Shown here: one piece after another, positions 49,751-62,984 of the stretch
Numbering within the stretch: the first letter of the stretch is position 1
Layout: each line of letters opens with the position of its first letter
The notes under the pieces: model-generated
Seen by the model: only the letters and a program-made list of their open reading frames with translations
The model's database searches: none
Told to the model about the DNA's origin: nothing
Program-made: the position numbers and the translations under genes
From: Basidiobolus meristosporus CBS 931.73
Taxonomy: Eukaryota > Fungi > Basidiobolomycota
Length of the DNA: 64,000 nt
Assembly (NCBI GenBank): GCA_002104905.1
Contig: MCFE01000005.1
Coordinates: 124,001-188,000, forward strand
Direction of reading: 5' to 3'

Positions 49751-50906
49751 ATAATCCCTTCAGAAGGCTGTCACAAAGTTAAAGTCCTGTGACTAAGAGG
49801 TACTGATCCCATCAGGACACTGTCCTGAGACCATTGAAAAATAATTGCACCCCAGATTTCACTAAAAACTTAGTCAAAATTTTTCACCACAACAATGTAT
49901 AAGTGGCTTTTGATTGGTTCCCTGCCAATTTGCTCACTTTCTGGTCCCAGACACTCTATTGCCTCCTACATTTGTGCAAATTGATTGGCTATTGCCTCTT
50001 TTTCACACTCCTTACTTCCTGACTCTACCATTTCTCTTTTCATTTGTTCAAATTGATGTATTTTTGTTGAAACTTCTGTTGTACCTCATTTGCCAGTTGT
50101 ATTGACCTATGCAAGTCCCTATACCCTATACTAACTTTAGGCCCAACCCCACACCCAACAAGTAACTCTATCAAAATCCACCACTCAATATGTATTTCTG
50201 CTGTAATGCTATGGTTCCACAACTTTGGAAGGAACCCAATGGCTTTATGCCACTGTTCATTAACTGGTTCCCACATGTCCTGGCCTTCAGATGGCACTGC
50301 AAGGTCTAGCACCTCATCTGCCAGTCTTTGCAATAAATTGCTGCAATATTCCAGTGCATTTTCTTGAGCACTGCTCTTGGAAAAGTGCTGAAACCTCTTG
50401 GTGTGCCTATTAATGTTCCAAAACTCCACTGAATGCATTTTGATAGTCTCTTGAGCTCTTGACATTGTAGCCTTGTCTGTCAGTGGGATCTCCACTCTGT
50501 CAACAATGGAGAATGTGGAGGCTATGATAGACAAATTGCCATTTTCAGCAAACTCATCTACCTTGCTGGAGTGTAGCTCAACTGGCTGCGCTTCCAACCC
50601 TTGTGAAAACAGCTGTTTTCTTGTTGGTAATTCTTCTTGGCTATGATGGGATTCAGTCTGTTCCTGGCTTGGGGTGTTAATTGGTGAGAACCGCAATTTT
50701 TTTTGCATGCCTCCCAGTCTCAGACTTGGGTAGACCTTTTTTTCTTTACCTTTTCCTTTGTCACTGCCAGGTCTTTCACTGCTACTTTATCTGAGTACTT
50801 CTTGTAAGGAACTACATTTTCTCCTGGATATAATTCTGCTCTGATGCATCAGTTTTGGCCAGCTTGTCCCTTGCTGGCACTCTTCTGGCAACCTGATGTT
50901 TCTTTT
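49751..50906 (-). repeat. Inverted copy of the ORF2 3' end of the CACTA-like element
   Basis: Reverse complement of 46800-47958; ORF 50040-50708 matches pieces at 47050-47640. Confidence 0.85.
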
Positions 50907-51717
50907 CCACTGTGGTGGTGTATAGGTCTAAGGGAGAGATACGTCCAACACTTCTCAAGTGTTTGTGTGTGGGGTGTTTGCTGGGTGCAATAACTGCTGG
51001 CAAAAGCTTGCTAGAAAATACTTGGGTTCTGTTTCTAATCTAATGTGGCAGGGAATAAAGCCATAAGCTTGTCAAGGGAAAACTATTGAGCTGCAATCCC
51101 CAACTTAGTTGGCATCTTTGCAAAAGTATGTGCTGGGTTCAGCATCCTTTGAGATGACAACTTACTAAAGCTTCCAAAGTCAAAACAACTGTAAACTCCA
51201 CCAACAGGGACTTGATAAGAATGCAGCTGTGGTCAATAGTTACAAAGACAGAAAGTATCTTTGCCTGTACAAGAACAAACTTGGGAAAGAATCAAATATA
51301 ATAAAAGTTACCTACTCTGAGTATTCCTCACTAGTAGTGCCTCCAAGGTCAGTTGGCTGTCAGCATGGTTTCCTGGGAGTGTCCTGTGGTCTGTAGTTGG
51401 AAGTTCAGGTAGCAGCAGGTAGCAGCAGGTAGCAGTGATCACACTAGTCCACAAGTTGGTATATTGATAAAAGGGATGATGATTTATTGTTAGGGATAGC
51501 CTCACTTATATACTTTTCTTACTGGCTATGTGATTACTAATCATGGAGTTCCAGAAGGTTTTGGATATCAACACAATTCTTAATGACATCAGAATGACCT
51601 AAAAATGTTCTAAGTAGGTGCCAGAAGGTTTTAAGAGGCACAGCACATCTAACCAATCAGGAAACATTACCCTGAAACCTGTGTAACATAGCAATACCAT
51701 ATATGGTATGGAAATGG

Positions 51718-54700
51718 TGTTGTAAGAGTCTTAGAGATATTGGAAGTGATTGAGAGGACAAGTAGATTATGTGGTTTTCACTTAATGATTTATTGAATGT
51801 AAAAGTAGTATTTATACTTTTACCTGGTCTTGGCATTACAAACATGTAGAATAGGTTAAGGAAGGTCCCAAGAACATGCGTGCAAAGTTTGGGGCTGTTT
51901 GGACAACTTTGAGAATTTTCATGTTCTGGGTACCTGGTATTTTGGTGAAAACATTCTAAGTAAATCCCAACAAGGAATTTGGTCAGCATTCTCTAGGATT
52001 TCAGGGTAATGATCTAAGTGACTAAGTTAGGTGAATATTTAGGTGGAATTACAAATTTTACAATACTCCCACTCAGCTAAATGTTCATACTGACTAGTCC
52101 TAATTTTGACCTAAGATATTCAAACCTGTCTCTAGCTAATGGTTTGGTAAATATGTCTGCAATCATATCATCTGTAGGACAGTAAATAAGCTAACTAAGT
52201 TATTCTCTATAGCTTCACATATGAAATGATGTCTAATATCTATGTGCTTAGTTCTAGCATGAAAAGTTGGATTTCTACCTAATTGTATACATGCTTGATT
52301 ATCTTGAAATAATGTAATAGGTGTTTTTTGACATAGGCCTAAATCTGTGAGAAGTTTTCTTAACCACATTGCTTCTTTTGTAGCTTCACAGGCTGCCATA
52401 TACACTGGATCTGTGGTGGAAAGTGCTACGGTTGGTTGCTTTTTTGAATTCCATGAAATTGCTCCTTTACAGTAAAGAAAGGTGTATCCTGTGGTGGATC
52501 ATCTGTCTTCTAAATTTTGTCCCCAATCTGCATCAGAGTATCCCACAAGATCTTGTTCTGAGTCCTTATAAGTGTATCTTAAGCAAATATCAGCAGTTCC
52601 TTTTAGGTATCTAAAAATCCGCTTAATTGCTGCAATATGATCAGATCCATAGTTCTGATTATGTTGGCTGACAACTCCCACTGAATATGAGATATCTGGA
52701 CGTGTTCCAAGCATGATATACATCAGACTGCCAACCACAGATTGATAAGGAAAGTCAGGGCTTTCAGATGGCACCAAGCTCTCTTGATTTGGTCAAGTTT
52801 TGACCAAGTTAAGGTTTATCTCCATTGGGGTAGATGCCGGTTTACAGTCTTCCATTTTGTACTTCTTTAGTATATCTTGAATATACCTGGATTGGCTTGG
52901 GGTAATAGTCTGGGTACTTCTGTCTATGGAGAACTTAGTCCCTAAGTAGTAACTGAGTTCTCCTAGATTGGACATCTTGAACTCCTTAGATAGGCTGGAT
53001 TTAGTCTCTTCCAATGTTTCTAGGTTATTGGTGGCTATAATAAGATCATCCACATATAGAGCTAATAGAACTGGATTTGCTCTATCTGGCTTATAGTATA
53101 TACTATAGTCAGCATTAGTCCCTTTGAAACTCAAAGATTCCCAATAAGAATCTATCTTGCAATTCCAGGCTCTTGTGATTGTTTGAGACCATATAGTGAC
53201 TTCTTAAGCTTGCAGACCAAATGGGGGTTATCTTGGTCAACAAACCCATCAGGCTGGTTCATATACACGTCCTCATTGAGTTCTCCATTCAAAAATGCAG
53301 TTTTACATCCATTTGATGAATAAAAAACTTATATTTGGCTGCAATAGCCAATATTAATCTGATGGAATTAAACTTGGCTACCGGTGCAAAGGTCTCAGTA
53401 TAGTCAAGTCCTTTTGTTTGAGAGTATCCTTTGGCTACAAGTCTTGCTTTGTATCTTTCAATTGTACCATCAGCCTTGTATTTTGTCTTGAAGACCCTTC
53501 TGCATCCAAATGATTTTTGGTTGATTGGTAATTTGACTATGTCCCAAGTTTAATTTTCCATCAGTGCCTGATATTCCTCAGTCATTGCAGATCTCCAAAA
53601 CTTTGTCTGAGGGCTATTTAGGGCCTCTTTTACAGTCTGGGGCTCATCAATATGGACTGAATAGGCATAGGCTAAGTTTGTACCCTCATTGATATAGTAA
53701 TTTGGGCTATTTCTTGTCCAATTTGATCTTCAGGCATTTGATACTGGAATGATCACTTCTGGGATATTCCTGGGCACTAATTCTGGCTGAACCATGGTTG
53801 TAGAGTCCTCTGGAGTGAAAAAATTTTCATTGTTTTGCTCTGATTCAATCCTGACAATTGGTGGACTTGAAATCAGATTTTCATCATCTGATGTCATTTT
53901 TTGTGAAAATTTTGAATTTTTATCAAACAACACATCCCTGGACTTGATCAGCTTCTTTGCTTTGGTATTGTGGAGTCTGTATATCTTACTCTCATTGCAG
54001 TAGCCCAAAAATATGCATTTTACACTTTTTGGCTCAAATTTTGACTGATTTCCGGCCAGTTTTTTGGCATATGCTGTACACCCAATTATTCTTAGATGTT
54101 CTGCACTTGGTCTGTATCCATACCATGCTTCAAATGGAGTAGAATCACAAAGTATTCTGTTATAACTCCTATTTTCAAGATATACAGCAGTGGCAACTGA
54201 TTCTGCACAAAAATAACAGGATAATTTTTGATCATGGATCATAGATCTTGCCATATCAATTATTGATCGGTTAGCTTGTTCTGCTACTCCATTTTGCTGT
54301 GGGGAGTATGGTATAGTAGTCTCTTGCTTTATCCCATGAATTTTGCAGAAGTGAATGAAGAGTTTTGAGGTATATTCTCCACCATTGTCAGAGCGTATTT
54401 TCTTGATTTTTTCACCAGTTTCTCTCTCCACCATGGCTTTAAACTCCCTGAGCTTAGACAGAGCTTCTTCCTTTCTCTCCATGAAGTAGACCCATGTTTA
54501 TCTTGTATAATCATCAATAAAAGTGATTAAATACTCCATCCCGCCTAAGGATAAATTTTGCATAGGTCCACACAGATCTGAGTGAATAAGATCTAATTTT
54601 TTCTTAGTTTTGATTAACCCAGAGCTCTTGAACGGTTATCTGGCTTGTTTCCCATATATGCAAGCTTCACAGTGCTCCAAATTAGCTAGGGGATCAATTT

Positions 54701-56380
54701 TCACTCCAGAAATTAGCTGATCTTTGATCATTTTACGCAAATAATCAAAGTTGATGTGCCCAAATCTCCTGTGCCAAAGCATTGGTGTTTCTTCATGTAA
54801 GTTACTTATATTGGCTTCCAGATATGATGTAATATAAGTCAACTTGTATAGATTCTGATCTCTGATGCTCAAAGCAATATGGGCACCATTTTGATCAGTG
54901 ATCCTGCATCCAGAATTGTCAAAACTGAAACTGAGTCCTTCTGCTGTGGCCTTGCTTACAGAGAGTAGGTTCTTGGCTATTTCTGGTACATAGAGTACTT
55001 CTTTAAAGGTCAGTGTATGGCTTCCTTCACTGCTTCTAAGGTTTACTTGGATAGTTCCTTCTCCCACTGCATCAAGTGTTCTATTGTCACCCATGAAGAC
55101 CTTCTTAATTGGAATTTCTTGATATTGGGTAAAAAGTTCTTTTTGGTGTGTAAAGTGTTGAGAAGCTCCAGAGTCAATATACCACATCTGAGAATCCTTG
55201 TTTGTGGTCATATTTAGTGCAGATATGAATAGTCTATCTTCAGTTGTTGCAGCATTTCTATATTCAGGCTTCTTTTGCTGATAATCTCTCTTTTTGAGAC
55301 ACCGGTCTGATGTGTGCCCTTTCCTTTTGCAGTAGTTGCAAAATAGGTTGCTGTTGCCTTTGTAGGGTCTTGGGTACCTCCTTTGTTGGTTATCATTGCT
55401 TATTAAGGCATTTTCTTCTTCCTTCTTATTGGCAATTGATTTTCTTAATTCTTCATCCAGGAGCCTTCCATATACGTAATTTAAGATCAAATCTTCAGTT
55501 CTGGACTCTAGGGCTGATACAAGGCCCTGAAACTTGTCTGTCAGGCTATTCAGGATGGTAACTATCACATCCTCATCAGTAGTTGGTACGCCCACAGATT
55601 CCATCTCATCTACCAGCAGGGTAATTCTGTTAATTAGATTTTTCATTTCATCTCCTGGCAGCATCTTGTAGTAAAGAATTTTTGTCTCAGATACATTTTC
55701 TTGGCAGCTGAACATGACTGGTAGGTGTCTTCCAATGCTTTCCAGGCATTCTTTGCCATTTTTGCTCTTGCAATTTGTCCTTGACATTAAGGCAAATGCA
55801 GTCAAAGGCACTTTGTTCTTTCTTCTGGTACTTTAAGGCTTCCTCTCCTACATTTTTAGGAGGGCATTCTTCTCCCATGACAATATCCCAAAGGCCTCTT
55901 TCTTGTAGCAGCATCTTCATCTTCACCTTCCACACTTGGTAGTTAGAGCCATCCAACTTTTCAGCAGAGGGAAAAATTCCAGTAATAGCAGTAGTAGACA
56001 TTGCAGAGAGTGACAGCTTGGGGCTCATAACCTGTTGTAAGAGTCTTGGAGATATTGGAAGTGATTGGGAGGACAAGTAGATTATGTGGTTTTCACTTAA
56101 TGATTTATTGAATGTAAAAGTAGGATTTATACTTTTACCTGGTCTAGGCATTACAAGCACGTAGAATAGGTTAAGGAAGGTCCTAAGAACATGTGTGCAA
56201 AGTTTGGGGCTGTTTGGACAACTTTGAGAATTTTCATGTTCTGGGTACCTGGTATTTTGGTGAAAACATTCTAAGTAAATCCCAACAAGGAACTTGGTCT
56301 GTATTCTCTAGGATTTAAGGGTAATGATCTAAGTGACTAAGTTAGGTGAACATTTAGGTGGAATTACAAATTTTACAGCA
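51718..56380 (-). mobile_element. Structurally complete Ty1/Copia element, 4663 bp, TSD AATGG, coding region inactivated
   Basis: 348-bp LTRs at 51718-52065 and 56033-56380 (about 15 mismatches by eye); AATGG at 51713-51717 and 56381-56385; PBS 56020-56032; PPT gagtgggag; gag-PR-IN-RT (LYVDDL)-RNase H (YSDADWG) with stops and frameshifts. Confidence 0.96.
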
Positions 56381-56639
56381 AATGGTAGGGATGGTGACAT
56401 GGGTTGATCATGTGTCACAGGTACTTGCCTAAAATAGAAGCCCTTGCTGCTAGTAATCTTACTTAAAGTAGGGGATAACTGATGCAAAAAGGTAAGCAGT
56501 TGTGATAGTCAACCAGATTATGGGATAGTACTGATCAGGCAAGACAAATGGGATAAAACTAAAATAAGGGTAGTAGAGAAATAGCAAAGTAGAAAATATA
56601 GGAATGAGCACATCTGTCAGTGGGTGTCACTGTGACCCC

Positions 56640-57000
56640 ACTACACCGCTTGTTTTGAGCTCTCAACTGTAGTTGTGATGGGCTCCTGTAAAAGCAGCTG
56701 GTTTTTATCACTGCCAGGTCCTTCACTGCAACTTTGACTGGGTCCTTCTTGAGTGGTATTACATTCTTTCCTTGATAAATATTGTGCTGGTGCATCCATG
56801 TCTGCCTGCTTGTCCCTAGTTGGCACTCTTCCAGCCACCTGATGTCTCTTTGATGCTTGTCTGGAGCTTTTGGCCCTGCTTGTAACGGGCTCTTGAGGAA
56901 GCCACTGGTTTTTTGCCATAGCACACTTGTTCTTCTACCTTTGAAAGTTTCTGCTACTCTTAAGATACTTTCTTAGCATACCAATGCTGGTCCAGATTAT
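56640..57000 (-). mobile_element. Fragment of CACTA ORF2
   Basis: ORF 56641-56919 (MAKNQWLPQEPVTSRAKSS) matches 46528-46800. Confidence 0.75.
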
Positions 57001-58391
57001 TTTTCATAGGGGTTGTAGGCAGCTGTTGTAGGCTTACAAACCTCCCATAGACCAGATTGGCCATACAGCTGTTATATTGACTTACCCAAGTTTTGTCACC
57101 TCAGAATGTGGATCAAAAAACTTGTCATGGTAGTGCACTAGAAGCACAATGGCTTCTGGAGACACTAGAGCACCTAAGAAGCTAGAAAAGTAGGAGCTTT
57201 TGCCAAAGTGACATGTTGATTGAGAACTAGCAGTGTAGATCCAGAGGTTATTGTGCACATCAGACACCTCACACTCCAGGAGCTGTTTAGCCTCTCTTAG
57301 GTGCACATCTAAGCCACCACTCCATCACACCACAATACTGATACAAAAATGCTAAGAGAGATCTGCATCATGGCTGTCCAAGTGCATTCAAGCTTTTTGC
57401 CATGTAAGACATCTGCATGTAGTGGCCACTTAGACCTGCTCAAACAGATGCTGACCATATTGCAACCATTCAAATATCATGCAAGTCTTGCAATGGACTG
57501 CTACAACACTGTTGAGTCTATTTTGGCCAGCTTGTCTCTTGCTGGCACTATGCAGGAAACCTGATGCTTCTTTCCTGCTTGTTCCAAGCTCTCAGTCCAT
57601 GCTGTGAAGAGCTCCTGAGGTAGCCACTTATTTTTATCATTGCTAGGTCCTTCACTGCTACATTGACTGAGTGCTTCTTGAGTAGAACTACGCTGTTTAC
57701 TTGACAAATGTTGTACAGGTGTATCTATGTCTGCCTGTTTTTCCCCTGTTGGCACTCTTCCACCTATCTGATGTCTCTTTGATGCTTGCTTGGAGCTTTT
57801 GGCCCTGCTTGTAACAGGCTCTGGAGAAAGCTGCTTGTTTTTAGCCATTACACCCTTATTCTTGAGATACTTTTTTAGTATAGCAATACTAGCATAAAAT
57901 CAGTTTTCTTGTTTGAATCCAGCATAATGCTCATGGAACAAGTCAAGCACATTCTGCTTGCCCTTGAGCTCCTGATGGTCCCATGTTTTGCTGGTCTTAA
58001 GGTATTGGCATGCTAGACCTCCAATGGCCTCTTGAATATTAGCCCACTCTTCATTGTTGCACTCAGCAGCTTCACAGAACTATAATGTCTTTTAATTTTT
58101 AGGCTTTGGTATAAACACTGTATTTTCTCCCTCACATGCTTTCATAGGCTTTTTGTGGACTTTTTCTTTGGGCACAGTTGCTGTGCTTCACAGACTGTAC
58201 AGTATTCCTCTGCTGTTACATCAGAAAATGGCTCAGTTCTTGGCTGTGACATTGGGCTACTTGAGTTCCTTCTTTGCAGCAAAGATACTGCTTTCTCTAC
58301 CTGGGATATTGACTACTCTACACCTTTTAGCCACTAACCTGTTGGAGGACTATATCCTGACTTCTTTAGGTCATTGCATCTATCTTACCAG

Positions 58392-61129
58392 TTTTACAAG
58401 TCTTTGTATAAGAGTTGTAGAGGAATAGGGAGTTTAGCTAGTAATGTATTCACTAAAACTTGAACTGATTTTTATTGAGGTTCCAGCAGCTCCTTATATA
58501 CATTTTGCCAGATCAATTGCTGACTAATTGTATTGCCTAATGTAGGTTGTGGCTGATGACTCATTTTATTGCATCAACATCACCCAATCAGATCCTACTT
58601 AATATATCTATTTCTGTCTGATATGGATCTGCTGATTCATTCGCTGGCTAATGCTACTGATTTCATAGATAATACTGATATACTGATAAGCTAAGCATAT
58701 ACTAATTGATTTTGACTAAAAACTGATCTAACTTAAACATTCAAGCGGCAGATCATAACATTCTCCCCTACTAAAGTTGAGAGGGTTCTAAATGCTGTCT
58801 TAGGAATATCTTCTGGTTTCACCCTAATTTGGTTGTATCCTGACATGAGTTCAATCTTGCTGAAAATAGTGGTTCCATTAAGTTGGTCCAAAAGCTCATC
58901 AATCCAAGGTATGGGGTACTTATTCTTGACAGTAACTGAGTTCAGGGCTCTGTAGTCAATGCACATCCTAAGTGTTCCATCCTTCTTTTTCACAAAAAGC
59001 ACTGGTGCTCCCCAGGGTGACTTGCTAGGCCTGATGTATCCTAGCTCCAATAGCTGATCAATTTGTCTCTTCATTTCCTCCAATTCCAATGGACTCATTC
59101 TGTAAGGTGTCTTGCTCACTGGAGGGCTATCTCCTGTGTCAATGGCATGATCCACGTCTCTGACTGGTGGTAGGCTTACAAGCTCATCTGGAAACACGTC
59201 TGAATATTTCTTCAAGAGAGTCTGGACCTGCTGGGGTGCTGGGGTAGAGGAATCCTCCTGTAAAACTGCCATGAGGAACATCTGAGTACCTTTTCTAAGC
59301 GCTCTACAGAACCGAGTCTTGCTAAGTTCACTTGTCTCACACATACTGGCATTGACCGAGTTGAAATCCAGCCTGGCAGGTAATAGCTCATAGGTCTTGT
59401 TGTCTTTTTGGATCTGAGTAGCATGGGTTCTCCAGTTGATTGATGGATTACAACAAAATAGCCAGGTTTTTCCAAGTACAAGGTCAAACTTGCAGTTCCC
59501 AAATATATAAGCCTGTAGGTCTTCTTCATAGTCATTGATCTTCATTCTTACTGGCTGGGTAATACGGTTGATTGTGTGGGAGTTCCCATCAGCTGTGGAG
59601 ACTGAAGTTGATTTGGTAGGTTCCAAGTTGATTCCAGCTTTAAAAGCAAATTGCTCTGACATGTACTCATGCAATGCTCCTGAGTCAATCATGATCTTGG
59701 CAGGTACTCCATTGATTACTCCATTTAAGTACAATAACTTCCCTGAGTTTGAAGTCATTAGGGACAAGTACTCTTCTGTCATATGGAAGGTGAGTTCCAA
59801 GTCTTCTTCAAGCTCATCTTCCACATTACTGTGTTCATAGGACTCAATATGGTTGAAGGCTCTTGTTGGCTGGTGTCCATTTCTTCTCTGAGGGCAGTAC
59901 TTTGCAATATGTCCCTGCTGGTGGCAATTGAAGCAAAGTCCTCTCTTCTTGCATTCTTCTGAGGAGGGATTCTTCTGCATAGCATCTATTTCCACTGGTA
60001 CTGCTTCTGATTGTCTTCTTTCATAATGATTATAGCCTTTCTGATTAGTCACTGTAGGCTTCCCAACTCCAAACATAGCTGAGTTATAGTCAATGGCAAT
60101 CTTGATGGCTTCTTCAATAGTCCGAGGTCTTTGGTAATTCACTTCCTTGCGGGTTCTTTCTTTCAACCCATCAATAAAGTATTCAACTTGATCCAGGGGG
60201 TCCATTCTTTCAATTTGTCCAAGTAGACATCTGTACTCATAGATGTATTCTTGCACCATTCCTTTCTGTCTGAGTGTCTTTAACTTCCTTCTTAGTAGTG
60301 TCTGCTGGTGTGGAGATTCCAAAGCATCCTGAATTTCCAACACAAACTTGTCCCAGGTAGAGATTGTAGAGCATCCCATCATAATGGCCAACCTGGTCTT
60401 GTTGTGGTACCACTGTAAAGCTGCATCTGCCAGGTAAGAAGCTGCATAATGCAACTTGCTTTCTGGAGCAATTCCTTTAGCTTTAAAGCTTCTTCAATCT
60501 GAAAGAGCCAAGTTCCCAGGTTTTCATTGACTTTGCCATGGTACCGGTTGACCTTCACACTAAAGTTGCTCTTAACAGGGCTTTGCTGGCTCTGAGCCAT
60601 GGTAGTCATTCCTTGTTGCTGTTGGCTTAGGATCTGGAGTAACTGTTGCTGTTGGGCCAGGATTTGCTGCATGGCATTCTTCCATTCTTGATTGTCCAAC
60701 ATCTTGAAGGTGGTTTCTTCTTTCTTCAGGAGGGAGGTTTCTGGTTATTACTGCTACCAATATTACAAGTCTTGGTATAAGAGTTGTAGAGGAATAGGGA
60801 GTTTAGCTAGTATTGTATTCACTAAAACTTGAACTGATTTTTATTGAGGTTCCAGCAGCTCCTTATATACACTTTGCCAGATCAATTGCTGACTAATTGT
60901 ATGTCCTAACGTAGGTTGTGGCTGATGCCTCATCTGATTGCATCATCATCACCCAATAAGATCCTACTTAATATATCTATTTCTGTCTGATAAGGATCTG
61001 CTGATTCATTTGCTGACTAATGCTACTGATTTCATAGATAATACTGATATACTGATAACCTAAACATATACTAATTGATTTTGACTAAAAACTGATCTAG
61101 CTTAAACATTCAAGCGGCAGATCATAACA
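58392..61129 (-). mobile_element. Non-autonomous Ty3/Gypsy element: gag, protease and RT N-terminus only; TSD CCAG
   Basis: 369-bp LTRs at 58392-58760 and 60761-61129 (about 18 mismatches); PBS TGGTAGCAG; PPT AGTAGGGGAGAA; CCHC knuckle [14 protein letters not shown]; protease IDSGA; [28 protein letters not shown] ending at KTAFRT; a gag frameshift near 60485; CCAG at 58388-58391 and 61130-61133. Confidence 0.93.
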
Positions 61130-61130
61130 C

Positions 61131-61939
61131 CAGCCACTGCACCTAATTGTGTTATTAATGCTTTGGTAGGAGTTGACAACATACTTATTAATATGGATGA
61201 TGGTGATTTTATGATGGCCACCTACTGGTCTTTGACTGAAGGGACTGCTTTTGCTACATGCACATCTGCCTCAGCATTATGGTCAGCTTGTGGCTCAGCA
61301 GATATTCCCATGTGCCTTCTTGACCCAGAGTCTGAGGAGTTCCCATATTACCTTCAGTGGGCACATGGTCCACAGGGCCTTTTTTGGTTGTAGCCCTTCT
61401 GAACCATAGACTGATTTCTCTGGGCCTTTGCATCTATACCATCAGTCACTGCACCTAATTACCTCATTAATGCTTTGGTGTGAGCTGCCGACATACTTGC
61501 TAACATAGGTGGTGGTGATGCTATGATAGCCACATGCTTGTCTTAAGCTGAAGGTACTGCTTTTGCTACATGCACATCTGCCTCAGCAATATGGCAGCTA
61601 GCAGCTCCGCAAAGATTCCCATCTGCCCCCTTGACCAAGAGTCTGGGGAGTTCCCATTATTACCTTCAGTGGGCACTTGGTCCACAGGGCCTTTTTTGGT
61701 TGTAGCCCTGCTGGACTATATCCTGCTTTCTCTGGGCCATTGCATCTATCCCACCAGCCATAGCACCTAATTGCTTATTAGTGCTTTGGTAGGAGTTGAC
61801 AACATACTTGCTAATATGGGTGGTGGTGATATTATGATAACCACTTGCTGGTCTTGAACTGAAGGTACTGCATTTGCTACACATGCATCTGCCTCAGCAA
61901 TATGGTCAGCTTGCAGCTCTGTGGAGATTCCCAATTGCC
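61131..61939. repeat. Tandem repeat, 312-bp unit, about 2.6 copies, within CACTA ORF2
   Basis: Units start cagccactgcacctaatt (61131), cagtcactgcacctaatt (61443) and cagccatagcacctaatt (61755). Confidence 0.88.
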
Positions 61940-62984
61940 TATTTCACTTTTTTGGTTGTAGCACCACTTGATGCACTGATTGTCAGAGTAAGCTGTTGTC
62001 CAACTGTTCTTCTGCTGCTGTTGGCAATGGGGATTGGTTGGGAGCCAAACAACTTTGCTTCATTTCTTGTTGGCATATATATGGAAGTGAGTTAAACCAA
62101 AGGGGAGACAGTGTTGCAGATACATGTGTATGTGGTGCCACAACTATATTTTAACTCTAACTATGGCAGGTCATCATTGATTCTTGGAATCATGTGGCGC
62201 AATGTCTTGAATACAAGGCTCTTGTAAACTCACATGAGTATTGGCAAAAAAGTGATATTATGGTTTTACATTGCTCAGTATCAAACTGTTTGTCCCATGG
62301 ACAAGTCCACTTTGTTTCAACACCGTAAGAGAAGAGAAAAAAACCACGTGGCTATTGTAGTAACCCTCTCAGCTGTGAAGTACACAGAAAGCATAGGAAG
62401 TATTATAAGGATCACAGCCAGTGCTTTGCCACACAAGTCATATTTGGCTATTCACCAGTCACCACTGTACCAACAATAACTCGCCAGCCACTTGATACTT
62501 TTATGACTGCATCTGGGCATACTTGTTACCTTGGGCAAGCTGAGTCAGGTTAGTTTGCGCTGCTTTTATGCTCAGCCCAGCCTTCTGAATATGGCACGCA
62601 GAGTGATAGCTCTGAAGAAGCAGGCTCACTGATGGATTGTTAGCCTGTCATCCCAAACAACATTACCTTGCATGAACCAAGCAATATCCCATTATGCAAT
62701 GAGATAACACCTGTGGAAAAAAATGCCAAGGATAGTGTACAGAGCCAAGTGAGCCCATTCATCCATCCACTGGTGAATGATGTGGTGTGGTGGCTAGTGA
62801 AGTGGTGTATCTCCGCAAATATCAGTAATGGGGGCTTTGAGGATTTACTGCTTTTTTTACCAAAATCATCCAGGGATGCAATTTACCATGTACATGGTAT
62901 AATGGACAACTGCAAAGTGGCAGGCAACACATGACCCAGAGACTGTCCTGATATCAGCATGTCCCAATGAAAACTAATTTGGTC

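Larger units (their letters stand above)
57480..62930. mobile_element. Another CACTA-like copy in opposite orientation (ORF2 on minus, transposase N-terminus on plus), split by a Gypsy insertion
   Basis: 57480-58391 and 61130-62100 match ORF2; 62230-62930 matches the transposase 5' end (MDKSTLFQHRKRREK...SQVSPFIHPLVNDV). Confidence 0.78.

Noticed and set aside
50910-51712. Possible LTR or gag of another retroelement (also 41320-41640)
   Set aside because: No paired LTR, PBS or protein motif could be confirmed by eye.
61131-61939. Tandem repeats as a CRISPR array
   Set aside because: Units are 312 bp with no unique spacers, and there are no cas genes.
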